Origin: Eledone cirrhosa
Taxonomy: Eukaryota
Length of the DNA: 64,000 bases
NCBI GenBank assembly: GCA_964016885.1
Contig: OZ024754.1
Span: 39,246,001-39,310,000, forward strand
Reading direction: 5' to 3'
The translations under genes and the position numbers were made by a program. Positions within the stretch are counted from its first letter, which is position 1. The number at the start of each line of letters is the position of its first letter. The notes under the pieces are model-generated. The model did no database searches. It worked only from the letters and a program-made list of their open reading frames with translations, and had not been told where the DNA came from. This document shows, one piece after another, positions 11,769-24,785 of this stretch.

Positions 11769-12669
11769 ATGCTTACATATGGTATGCATATGTGTGTGTG
11801 TGTGTGTATATATATAAATGTATAGTATACATATAAATGTATAAACATACACTTACATGTGTGTGTGTGTATATATATATATATGGTATACATATATAAA
11901 TGTATGTATGTGTGTATGTATATACCTATATATATATATATATATATATATACGTACATGTATGTGTGTTTGTATGTGCATATATAAAATTAAAGATAGG
12001 TGAAATGCTAATGAAATATTTAATTGCTCATGGACGATAAATTTTGAAGATTAAACATTTTTAACAAATATATTTTTGTTTCATTTTTGTTTATTTTTAA
12101 AAATATTTCTTGCTTCTTTTCACCATTCCCACCCCAACAAACATTACGTGATTTTTTGTTTTCAATTCAGTGCCTATTGCTAAACACTAGTGTGGAAGAT
12201 AGACATTAAATGATGATGATGATGATGTTGATGATATAGTAAAATGTGGTGGAGAATTAGCAGTCATTAGAATGTCAGATAAAATGCTGTGCAATATTAA
12301 TTTTTGCTATCTGAGTTCAAATCCTGTTGAGGCCAACTTTGCCCTTCATCCATTCAAGGTCGATGAAAAAAGTACCAGTCAAGTACTGGCGTTGATTCTT
12401 TCTCACTTACATTCTATCTTTCTCTGGAAGAAATCTGCTGTATTCAGACTTAGAGAAGAGATGGGCTCTGCCAGGTTTAAATAAAGCCCTAGAAATACTG
12501 TGTCAATACAGTGCTGTAATGACCCCCTCAAGAGTTACGAAGCTTGCCATGCCATAGAAAATGTAGTGAAGGCACGTAGCCTAGTGGTTTGGGTGTTGGA
12601 CACTACAGTCATAATGTTGACCAAATGGTACATTCTTTCATTTCATGTTTCTTTTCATGATAGGACTGA

Positions 12670-13040
12670 GACTCCCTACCATTAAAACAACTGAAAAACC
12701 TATGATTTACAACTTCGTAGGAGGCCAGTTATATCTGCATTGGTGTGAGTGGTTAACAATAGAGAACTGGGGTATCTATCATTAAAACGCCTGCGAAAAA
12801 CTCCTATGAGATCAGCTAAATCTGCATATGTGTGAACTGTAGCAACAACATAATAGGATGGGTGCCTATCATTAAAACACTTGAAAAACCTAGACCCTCG
12901 AAGGAGACCAGCTAAATCTGCATTGTAAGCTATATCAAGATTATATATAATAATAATGAAAATTGTGTACAGTGACTTAGAAACCTCCCATAAGATACCG
13001 CATAAGAGCTCAGTTAAACTTGCATAGGTGTGATCTGTAA
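12670..13040. repeat. Diverged tandem repeat of about 90 bp, 3-4 units
   Basis: Recurrent ctatcattaaaac...gaaaaac and agctaaatctgcat motifs at roughly 90-bp spacing. Confidence 0.6.
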
Positions 13041-14010
13041 ATTTCATTTCAGTTATTTTTGTCTTAATAATAATAATAATGAAATTCTTGTGTAAAGTGC
13101 TCAGGTGCACTACAACTCGTCAAAGGTGCATGGTTCAATATTGGAGTTGTATCGTCCACGATAGCATGGGTTAGACGGGAATTGTCCCACTTGAGGCAAG
13201 ATTGATTGGGATGACCATGTCTCGCTAGTATAGGACTATCTGGCAGGTTTTCTATGGCTGGATGCCCTTCCTAACACCAACCACATTTACGGTGTGGACT
13301 GGGAGCCTTCCCTAGCTAAATTGGATTGTAGTTAAAGATTAGTTGGTCATGGCTGGAATGCCATTCATCAGGACTAAACAACAACAATCACCACCATGAA
13401 CTTACTGCTACCACCATTGGTATGATTTGAATACAGACCATTTGCTGGACGCTATAACGAGTTTGTTAATTCCGATTAAATTAGCCCTACTACAGGATAA
13501 GTACGTATTTTATCGATTCCAGTATTTGATGGGTAATTATTTTTACAGAACCTAGGTAAAGTGAACTTCGGTGGGATTTGAACACTGGGTAAAGGACATA
13601 AACTAAACATTGTTATGGCCATAATAACTAGGGGAGATAACTGAACATTGACTTTTATTTTTATTAATAACAACAATTCGTATATTTTATTGTGTTTAGC
13701 ATGTTTAATTTTGTACCTTGGGATTATAAAATCAAATCATGCCAGAAGCAATAAAAGGGTTTCTATTTTAGACACAAGTTTGGGAGTGAAGAAAGTCGAT
13801 TCTCGTACTTGATTGGTATTTTATGTATTGACATGAATACGGAGCATTCTATTGTGACTGGCAGTACCACCTTGTAGCTTTGTTAAAGTTTGAAGAAACC
13901 AATTACTTTTTAAAATAATGTGAAGAAGATATCTAAGGAGAACTAATTCTTCCTATCTTGAAGTAACTTAATTTAATGAGATAATTCAGTAAGGCCAGCC
14001 TCACATATAA

Positions 14011-14389
14011 CTCTTTAGCATTTAAACTGGCCATATCCAGCCAGAATTCTCTCACCTCTTTCTGTTCAAACTGGCTGTAACCGACTGCTTATACTGATGT
14101 CAAGGTATTCTTCTCAAAATAAATCATATCAAAATCTCATAAATTTGATATTATGTGAGGCAAAGCCTATACTGTGAAAATATAATAGTAAATATAATTG
14201 TTTCTACTTTTGGCGCAAGACCAGCAATTTCCCAGTACATTACTGGTACTTTATTTTATCGACCTCGTAAGGATGAAAGGCAAAGTTAACCACGGCGGGA
14301 TTTGAACTCAGACCCTAAAGGGACGTAACTATGCTAGAAAGCATGGCTTCCAACCCTCTACCGATACTGCCAATGTAAATGCTAAAGGG
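14011..14389 (+). mobile_element. piggyBac-type MITE carrying a SINE insertion (about 14198-14374, -)
   Basis: Termini ctctttagcattta...taaatgctaaaggg|ttaa; internal sequence matches 56107-56327. Confidence 0.75.
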
Positions 14390-14499
14390 TTAAAGTTATA
14401 CTGTTATATTCTAATTCATAATTTGTATATTTATGTATATTTGGAAATTCCAGCTGAGTTAGGAAAGTTGGCAGACGCAAGCCTCCTACCTATAAATAA

Positions 14500-14702
14500 T
14501 GGTTTCTGATTTTGGGGGCATAGGGGGAGGGGGTCGACTAAATCGACCCAGTGCATTACTGGTACTTTATTTTATCAACCCCATTGGTATAAAAGGCAAA
14601 GTTTCCCTTGGCAGGATTTGAACTCAGAATGTAAAGGGTCATAACTAAATACTGCAAAGCATTTTGTCCGATGCTCTACCGATTCTGCCAATCCACCTCC
14701 CT
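14500..14702 (-). mobile_element. Dominant tRNA-derived SINE copy
   Basis: ctggtactttatttt...ggatttgaactcag...ctgccaatccacc motifs. Confidence 0.8.
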
Positions 14703-16703
14703 AATAATAATAGTTTGTTTATTAGCCACACAGGGCTAACATTAAATAAACAATAAAGATGACACAGGATGACAGTGGGGGCTTTTTGTGAGTAAAAAAG
14801 ATTATTACAAAAACTAAACAAAAAAAAACATTTAAAAACATTTAAAAGTTCCCCATTAGGGAGGAAACCTCCAAGGGTCACTCATGGAGAAAACCCACAG
14901 AAGCCACGGTCACCCTGACTGTTAAGGCACGTGTCCTCCCCCAAACTCTGGCCATGCCCATCACTCACTGTCATTGGTTGGCAGGTAGCACTTCCTTCCC
15001 CACCATCATTTTCTTCTTTAACCCTTTAACATTTACATTACTCTATATATACTATTGTATTTTCACAGTAAAGTCTTTACCTTACATAACATCGAATATA
15101 TGAGATTTTGGGAACAATACCTTAACATAAGTATAAGTGGCCAGTTACAGCGGGTTTGAACCGAAAGAGATGAGAGAATTCTGAACAGATGTCGGTTTAA
15201 ATGCCTTGAAAAAAGTTAATCAGAGTTTTGATGAACAAATTGCTTGTCTTCAACCCTTTCGGATGTGTCCACTTTACAACAGCTTTTGCCATGCCCACCA
15301 GTCAGATAAAACAAGAACGTTTTTTTAAAATGTGAAATTAGACATTGAAATAGGGAACAACAGCTATATTGAACTAAATAAGGGGCCCCTTGATCCATGA
15401 TTGGGGTTGTGAACAGGCAAAGGCATTAGAATGTTAGATAAGATTCTTTGCAGTATTTGTTTTACATATATATACTCACATGTATAACCAGGTAGAGTTG
15501 CTTCTTCTCTGAATTGAGAGATCTCAGTTCTGATATAAAGAACATGTGGTTAGAATGTCTCAGGAAAGAATGACTGGATAGATTTTATGGGAAAAACCAA
15601 CCAGCAGTAGACCCTGAGCAAGATGGTTGGATAACATCCATGAGCTTGGCTGGTCTTGCTTGGGAATTCAGCGGAATCAATTGGAGTTGATTGCTTCTAA
15701 CAGGACCCACTGGAAGGCATGCTTGAGGACTCTGACTCTACAACTGTCCCAGAAATAGGTTGGGCGAAGAAGAAGATATCTCTGGGTACTAAGACTCAGG
15801 AACTCAGCAAGGTAAATATTAATTTATCTTAACTTTTAATATATAGGAATTTAACAGGTTTGTTAATTCAAATGTTTATAGTATCTTTACTTGTGAACAG
15901 ATCTTTGTGAAGACTTGCAGTATTAGAGCAAAGGTTTTGATATTTTAATGTGATACAGTTGTGCTACCATTTTGTACTTTTAAAGAATATCTTGTTAGTG
16001 TGGTTTGATGAGGCACAGGACGTTAAAAGTTAAATAAAACATACATGATCCACCTCATAACATCTTCCTTTATAATCCACTGTTCATTTTTTATGTATTT
16101 CAGAATATTCAGACAGATTTATAGAGTATTTGACAACGTTTCGTTTTAGGTATATAAAATGGAAGACAATAAAATGAATGAAACTAAAATGAAAAGATTT
16201 TAACAAAAAGGTTAAAGTACTCTGATAAAAAAAATAAATAGGACCAGAAGCTAAAGTAACAATTTTGAGAAGAAATTCTAAATAAAGAAAAGGTTAATTT
16301 ACTTACCAAAGTAACGAAACAGGAACGATTCTTCTCCTTTCTCTTCAGTAGAAATCTCAGCTATGTTTTCCAGTGTACTTTTATCCATTCTCACTTTTAT
16401 TTACTTAATTCTCTTCTTTATTTTCTTCTTGCTGTTGCTGTTGTTGTCTTTCTCAGAACTTAGCGAAATCAGAAGAAAGAGACTCGAGGTTCTATATGAG
16501 TCCTCTTATTAATTCCTCTTTAACTTATTATTATTATTATTTATTGTTTGTTTGTTTAATGTTACTTGTTGTCGTCTTTTTCTTCTTTTCACTTCTTCCC
16601 TTCAAAAGTATTTAACGAAATAAGTAAATATATTTTTTTTAAATGAATTCAATGAATCTAATAAGCCTGGGTCAGTTAATTAGCAGGTGAAGAAACAGAG
16701 AGG

Positions 16704-17680
16704 GTGATGGTGATGGTGGTGGTAGCAGTAGTGGTGGTGATTATGATAGAGATGGTGGTGATGGTGGTGGTAGCAGTAGTGGTGGTAATTATGATAGAGA
16801 TGGTGGTGATGGTGGTGGTAGCAGTAGTGGTGGTGATTATGATAGAGATGGTGGTGATGGTGGTGGTAGCAGTAGTGGTGGTGATTATGATAGAGATGGT
16901 GGTGATGGTGGTGGTAGCAGTAGTGGTGGTAATTATGATAGAGATGGTGGTGATGGTGGTGGTAATAGTGATAGCACTAGTAGTGGTGATTATGATAGAG
17001 ATTGTGGTGGTGGTGATGGCAGTAGCAGTGGTGGTAGTAGTGATGTGTTGTTGGTGGTAGTGTTGGTGATGTTAATGGTAGTAATAGTGGTGGTGGTGTT
17101 GGTGTTGGTGGTGGTAGTGTTGGTGATGTTAATGGTAGTAATAGTGGTGGTGGTGTTGGTGTTGGTGGTGGTAGTGTTGGTGATGTTAATGGTAGCAATA
17201 GTGGTGGTGGTGTTGGTGTACTGGTAGTGGTAGTGGTGGTGGTGTTGGTGTTGATGCGTTGTTGTTGGTGTTGATGTGTTGTTGGTGGTAATAGTAGTGG
17301 CAGTGGTGGTGGTGATGATGGTGGTGCTAGTGATATGTTGTTTGAGGGGATGGTAGTGGTGGTAGTGATGGTGGTAGTGGCAGTGGTGGTGGGGATGGGG
17401 ATAATGCTGGTGTGTTGGTGGTGTTATTGCAGGTAGTGGTGGTGGTGGTGGTAGCAGTGGTGGTAGTGATGGTGTGTTGGTGGTGGTGGTAGCAGTGGTG
17501 GTGTGTTGGTGGTGGTAGCAGTGGTGGTGGTGTGTTGGTGGTGGTAGCAGTGGTGGTGGTGTGTTGGTGGTGGTAGCAGTGGTGGTGGTAGCAGTGGTGG
17601 TGGTGTGTTGGTGGTGGTAGCAGTGGTGGTGGTGTGTTGGTGGTGGTAGCAGTGGTGGTGGTGTGTTGGTGGTGTTACTG
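16704..17680. repeat. 54-bp minisatellite grading into (GGT)n-rich low-complexity sequence
   Basis: Unit gtgatggtggtggtagcagtagtggtggtgattatgatagagatggtg, about 5 copies, then further GGT-based units. Confidence 0.9.
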
Positions 17681-17719
17681 GAAGTTTTGAACCAGGTAAT
17701 GAACCAACAGCAACTATAA

Positions 17720-18125
17720 TAATTGTTTCTACTTTTTGGCACAAGGCCAGCAATTACCCAGTGTATTACTGGTACTTTATTTTATCGACCATGTAAGGAT
17801 GAAGGCAAAGTTAACCTCGGCAATAATAGCAACAAATAATAATAATAATTGTTTCTGCTTTAGGCACAAGGCCAGCAATTTGTAGGGGAGGAGAAAGTCG
17901 ATTAAATTGACCCCAGTACATTACTGGTACTTTATTTTATCAACCCCGTAAGGATGAAAGGCAAAGCTAACCTCGGTGGGATTTGAATTCAGAATGTAAA
18001 GAACCATAAATAATTGTTTCTCCTTTTTGGTACAAGGCCAGGAATTTGTAGGGGGTGGGGGGAGTCGATTAAATTGACCCCAGTGTATCACTGGTACTTT
18101 ATTTTATAGATACCATAAGGATGAA
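17720..18125 (-). mobile_element. Cluster of three partial copies of the dominant SINE
   Basis: Three successive aattgtttc..ttggcacaaggccag...ctggtactttatttt...taaggatgaa segments. Confidence 0.8.
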
Positions 18126-18316
18126 AGTAGAATAAATAACAGCATTAGTGGTAGTGGTTATATACTAACAATAGCAGTGGTAGTAGATTGACCTATAATT
18201 TATATATATATATTATATATGTATGACATATATATGTATATGTGTGTGTGTATATATATATGTATATATATATAAATATTTATATGAACATATATATATA
18301 TATATATGTGTATATA

Positions 18317-18358
<42 letters not shown>

Positions 18359-18386
18359 AATATTTATATGTACATGTATATATATG

Positions 18387-18427
<41 letters not shown>

Positions 18428-18868
18428 GTATGTGTGTATATATATGTATGTATATATATGTATATGTACATATATATACATATATATATGTATGTACCTA
18501 TATGTACATATATGTATATATATGTACATATATGTACATATATGTATATATATGTACATATATGTATATATGTATATATATATGTATATATATGTACATA
18601 TATGTACATATATATATATATATGTACATATATATATATATATGTACATATATGTATATATGTACATATATGTATATATATATGTACATATATGTATATA
18701 TATGTACATATATGTATATATATGTACATATATGTATATATATGTACATATATGTATATATGTACATATATGTATATATATGTACATATGTATATATATG
18801 TACATATATTTATATATATATATGTATATATATATCTACATATATGTATATATTTATGTGTGTGTGTG

Positions 18869-18911
<43 letters not shown>

Positions 18912-19209
18912 TTATAAATGTGTATCTTGAGGTTAAACCCGAATGACATATGAAAAACTCCACATCTATAACTGTGAGATAATAATTCCCGTCAGCCTTA
19001 ATCCCAGCTGCTTCTGAGATAATCCATTATTTCTCTCACCAGATTAGACCACCACTCCATTGTTGATCAATCAGATCAAGATTATATTGAACTCTGATAG
19101 AACAAATAATTAAACAAATATATAGAGGAGGTAAATATATTAGTAATAAATATAAATAAATACAATATAAAGAGAAAAGAAAAATGTGTATGACGACTTA
19201 GGCAAAGGT

Positions 19210-19254
<45 letters not shown>

Positions 19255-19259
19255 CATGG

Positions 19260-19660
19260 ACCGGCTGCTTTCCCAACTTTCATATCCTTAATTGCCTTAC
19301 TAACTACACTACTGCTGACTTGTACTGCTGGGCCCTTAGGGTTCCTCTTGGGGTAGGGTCACTTTCTCCCATGCATTCTCTTCATTCAGAAATCTTTTGT
19401 AATGGCTCTTCCATGCAGTTTCTTTCTCAGCATCTGTGAGGGCAAGTGCACCTTTATCATCCCGGACACACTTCTCACCAACGACATTGCAATTTTCTCT
19501 AACACTCAGCCTCGCAATCCTGAACACCTCCTGTTTCTGATCCTCATGTTGTAAAACATGCTTGAATTTTTTATCCTCCGCTTCCCTTCTAGCAAAGTAT
19601 ACTTGCCACCTAGCTTCCCTCCTGGTCTCTAAGTAATATGCTCTGCTGCCCCTGTTCTTT
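19260..19660 (-). mobile_element. RTE-type LINE fragment (EN-RT linker)
   Basis: FRIARLSVRENCNVVGEKCVRDDKGALALTDAEKETAWKSHYKRFLNEENAW; homologous to the fragment at 49880-50520. Confidence 0.75.
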
Positions 19661-19748
19661 AATATTACACATATACGTTTGTGCTTACTTCTCTACCCTT
19701 TGACTCCATCACGTCTACCTCGTCCGTTTTCACACACGCACTTGTACA

Positions 19749-19786
<38 letters not shown>

Positions 19787-20277
19787 CAATCTTATTTTTA
19801 AGAAGTGTTGAGCAAATTATGGATTTTGAATGTAAGTTAGCTTAAAGTTAAATCCTTCAACACAGGTTTTTGGCTATAAAAAATAGTTGAACAACTTGTT
19901 GCATATAAGCCCTTAGATCCTGAAAAAAGTGGACAGCCTCACCTGTGAGACACAAACCCACACCTGTCGTACGCTCAACGACTGTGATACCATTACATCA
20001 AAGTGAAGCTGACAATTTTTCCAGTTATTTTTAAGCCTTTGGAATTATCAATTATGAGTTTATCTGCTAGAAAACGCGATCAATATGGTATGTCAATATT
20101 CTCTATCTATCTAGATTATATTATTCTAAACAGATAATTACACATGCTAACAAGGGTTGGACATGTCGTCACACAGCAGACATTACTCAAATGAAGCCTC
20201 TCACCTCCTTATATATATATATATATATGGGGGGAGGGGGGGTCTGTGTGTCTATGTATATATGTGAGTATATATAT

Positions 20278-20478
<201 letters not shown>

Positions 20479-20562
20479 CATATATATGTATATACATATA
20501 TATATATGTATATATATATATGTATATATATATATACATATATATATGTATATATATATATG

Positions 20563-20631
<69 letters not shown>

Positions 20632-20666
20632 GTATATATATATATACATATGTATATATATATATG

Positions 20667-20744
<78 letters not shown>

Positions 20745-20755
20745 TATGTATATAC

Positions 20756-20797
<42 letters not shown>

Positions 20798-20903
20798 CTA
20801 TATATATACATATATATATATATACATATATATATACATATATATATATACATATATATATACATATATACATATATATACATATATATATATATATACA
20901 TAT

Positions 20904-21028
<125 letters not shown>

Positions 21029-21033
21029 CATAT

Positions 21034-21170
<137 letters not shown>

Positions 21171-21243
21171 CATATATACATATATATATATATATACATA
21201 TATATATACATATATATATATACATACATATATATATATATAT

Positions 21244-21282
<39 letters not shown>

Positions 21283-22186
21283 TATATATATATATGTATA
21301 TACATACTTATGTGTGTGTGTAAGCAAGTGTGTGATTTAATAATCTGTTTAGCTATTTAATCTAGAAAGATAGAGAATATTGACACATGCCACACTGATC
21401 ACATGTCTCACACCACGTTTTGTAGCAGATAATCCCATATTTCAATGTTATTCAGGCGAGAGAGAGGGAGAAGAGCTAGAGCGGGAGAGAGAGAGAGAGT
21501 TTACTTGCTGTTGATTAAACCACCAGCAAGGGTGTCGTCTGCTACACAGTCTCAAATATAGGAAATAGAATAAAACAAGATAAACTAAATGTTCACTAAA
21601 CACTATTACTACAACGAACTGTCTGTTCTTAGTGGGACAGATGTTACACATAAACATTCTTACATAAAAATATCTCTTCTCTGGACATTATTACTATAAA
21701 AATTGACCATCATTCACTTTTTACAAACAACCTTTATGAACAAACAAAGAAACAGTCCTTACATAATATAATATAAATTATACACTCTGTGAACTTTATT
21801 TCTGTAAAACGTGATCATCAGTTATTAGGACAGCCACTACAGTGAAAACAGCCTTACATGGAATAAAATATAATATATACATCCTGTTTCTATAAATTCT
21901 GCATCAACTGAATATTAGACACACTAGTTAAGACGACCCTTTATGAAAAACACCAACAACCTCACATAATGTCTGGAATACTTTCAGTTATCATTGTGGA
22001 TGAAAACACTGCCACTTTGATTACTTCAACTGCATCAAATTTTCCATGATGAGAACTTGTATCACCATCGAACCAACTGTCTTCCATTTCATTACACTGG
22101 CTTCTTTTATTTTTGTCATTGAATCTGTGAAGAAAAATTGATGATATTCCCAAATCGTTTGATATTCCAAAGTTGTCAAAATAACC

Positions 22187-23397
22187 ATGCAACCCAACAT
22201 GCATCATTTTGCAGCGACCAACGAAACTATTTACGATACGACAGTAGAGTTCATACCGTCGAATTGCACAAGAGATCCAATGTCAATGCCTCGAACTGGC
22301 ATATATGTAGCTGTTACCTGGCACATTCTATTGGGTCTTTTCAGCTTGTTAATCAATGGAACTATCTTGGCTGTGGCAGTATTTATGAATAAAAGTAATC
22401 TTCAGCCCAGCCATTTCTTCATCATTAATTTGGCATTGACAGATTTCTCTGGAGTCTTCTTCCTAACCTTGTTCCATGTTTGGCGTCTCCTCACACCTCA
22501 CACCGATATTGGATTGTGTGGAATGCTCTTTTTATCAACATCGCTGTTCACAGCAACTTCTGTCTGGAGTATAGCTGTCATCAGCTTGGATCGATATCGC
22601 CTCATTGTCAAATATCATACATATCGGGAAACAATGACACCGACACGTTGCAAGATGGCCATTGGTTTTGTGTGGGCCGTGTCATCATTGGTTGGCTTCA
22701 TATCATTCATTATCACCTTCAGTTCTTCACATGTCACATGTATCGCTGGTCACACCGATATTACAAGTGACAGACCGACGTTATGTGTTTGTCTTGTCTG
22801 CGGCACTCTATTTCAACATTGGCTTCCTCTTACCAACGGTTATTATTGTTCACCATTACTTCTCTATCATGAAATTTGCGTGGAAACGCGAGAAAAGATT
22901 TGTGTCAACATTCAAGCGTTCCAGCTTGTCATTGTTCCAAAAGGACCGCACCACACGTAGTCTAATGATGAGCCTCCGATATCTCAAAACTGCTCGGATA
23001 CTATCGATGTTGGTTCTATGCTACATCATCTGTTTCCTTCCATATTTTATCCAACAGTTCCTCTGGGGTCTTCGAGTGTGGAATCCCTGGTGCCCACCTC
23101 TTCTTTTGGAGGTCATTATACGGTCTCTTCTGATCAGCAACGCTCTATTTAACCCATTCTTCTATGGATTTCTTGACCGCTATTTTCAACAGCAATGGCA
23201 GGAGTACATATGCAGTCATCTCCCATCGTATCTTCAAAGGTTCATGCCTGGTTATTATTCTTGCTATTCCAGAGAAGTAGCGCAGGACATGTCTGACCTG
23301 TATAAAGAGCAAGAGTCCACGAGCTGTGCCAACTTTCAGTCTAGGATTTGTAAACATCCTGAAGAAGAGACTGTCACAGAAAGTTCCAGTTGTGGCC
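22187..23397 (+). pseudogene. Intronless rhodopsin-family (class A) GPCR with one +1 frameshift in ECL2 (pseudogene, null allele or assembly error); 3' end runs into the N gap
   Basis: ORF 22187 carries N-glycosylation sites (NET, NCT), TM1 N, TM2 NLALTD, C3.25, SLDRY and TM4 W. The 22662 frame carries TM5 FLLP, TM6 CFLPY and TM7 NPFFY. The frame changes between about 22728 and 22780. Confidence 0.85.
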
Positions 23398-23597
23398 NNN
23401 NNNNNNNNNNNNNNNNNNNNNNNNNNNNNNNNNNNNNNNNNNNNNNNNNNNNNNNNNNNNNNNNNNNNNNNNNNNNNNNNNNNNNNNNNNNNNNNNNNNN
23501 NNNNNNNNNNNNNNNNNNNNNNNNNNNNNNNNNNNNNNNNNNNNNNNNNNNNNNNNNNNNNNNNNNNNNNNNNNNNNNNNNNNNNNNNNNNNNNNNN
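23398..23597. other. Assembly gap (200 N)
   Basis: Run of N. Confidence 1.
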
Positions 23598-24004
23598 TGT
23601 GTGTGTGTGTGTGTGTGTGTATATATACACACACCATCATATTTTGAGGCGAGGCAGCAGGTCAGCTGACCCTGTCTTGCTCATATGTTCTGTTTTTGGT
23701 TTGGTTTTCTAGGGTTACATGCCCTTACTAATGTCAATCATTTTATAGTGCATACTGTATTTTGTTATGGCCCTACTGAGAGAGAGAGAGAAAGTGAGGG
23801 AGTGAGAGAGGGAAAGAGAGAGAAAGTGAGAGAGGGAGAGATAAGGAACTCCATTAACATTAACCAATCATAATCTGTATTAACAATGTGACAATTGACA
23901 ATAAATGTGACAATAAAGTTATTTTATACAACAAACTTGTAACTATTTTATTTATTGTTGTTATATTATTGGTTGTTTGTGTATATGCTATATATATATA
24001 TATG

Positions 24005-24266
24005 TGTGTATCATGACTCGTGCACTGTTAATTTTACTGATGTTTGTGCATTGCCCTATGTACTGTACATGCACTTTTTGATGAGTTGTGGTGCACCTGG
24101 GCACTGTACACAATATTTCATTATTATTATTGTTGTTATTATATCATGACTCATACACTGTTCATTTTCCTGACATTTGTACATTATTCTATGTACTATA
24201 CATGCACCTTTGATGAGTTGTAGTGCACCTGAGCACTGTACACAATAATTTCATTATTATTATTAT
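24005..24266 (+). mobile_element. Two tandem 5'-truncated CR1-type LINE 3' tails
   Basis: Two copies of tatcatgactc...tttgatgagttgt.gtgcacctg.gcactgtacacaata.tttcattattattatt, matching 52364-52488. Confidence 0.8.
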
Positions 24267-24508
24267 ATATATTTCTCTCTTTCTCTTAATTTCGAGTATA
24301 TTTTTGACAGGCCACCTTCCTGGTGGCAAGGTTGTAAAAGAAAAGAAATTGTCATCCCTTGTTGAATCGCAAGAATGTTTTGCAAATTTTGAGGTGCCAG
24401 CTATCGCAGCCATTTGTAGACTATAAATTAGTGGAGCTGCATGTATGTATATATGTATGTATGTATATATGTATGCATATATGCATGCATGTATACATGT
24501 ATATATGT

Positions 24509-24745
24509 AGAACTAGTTCCGGACTAAAAAAACCACATGGTGGTGCATAAAGATTGTGTCCCATAGCGTGACCCCCGCCAGTCCTGTGGAAAGCACAACT
24601 CTCTTCTGTCACCTGTGTTGTAAACATGAAGATCTACAGCTGGCCTACAAAGTCATCTACCAAGTCATGGATGCAGATGGGATGATAACAAAGAATCATA
24701 AGAGACGGCAATCGTCTGTGAAGACGCTGCAATCCTCTCTCTGAT
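24509..24745 (+). mobile_element. Old 3' fragment of a zinc-finger-tailed RTE-type LINE
   Basis: With small frameshifts it reads RTSSGLK-HMVVH...FCHLCCKH-RSTAGLQSHLPSH, the same C2H2 pattern (S.AGL.SH..SH) as the element at 28430. Ends in ggcaatcgtctgtgaagacgctgcaatcc. Confidence 0.65.
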
Positions 24746-24749
24746 GTAC

Positions 24750-24785
<36 letters not shown>

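Noticed and set aside
16704-17753. Poly-Val and Thr/His/Pro-rich ORFs
   Set aside because: Products of GGT-rich minisatellites, with no splice or homology support.
22187-23397. Opsin or biogenic amine receptor assignment, or an intron explaining the frame change
   Set aside because: No Lys at 7.43 and no Asp at 3.32. The TM4-TM5 distance leaves no room for a normal intron.
23145-23712. ORFs spanning the N run
   Set aside because: Artefacts of the 200-N gap. The apparent GPCR C-terminus after the gap is unsupported.
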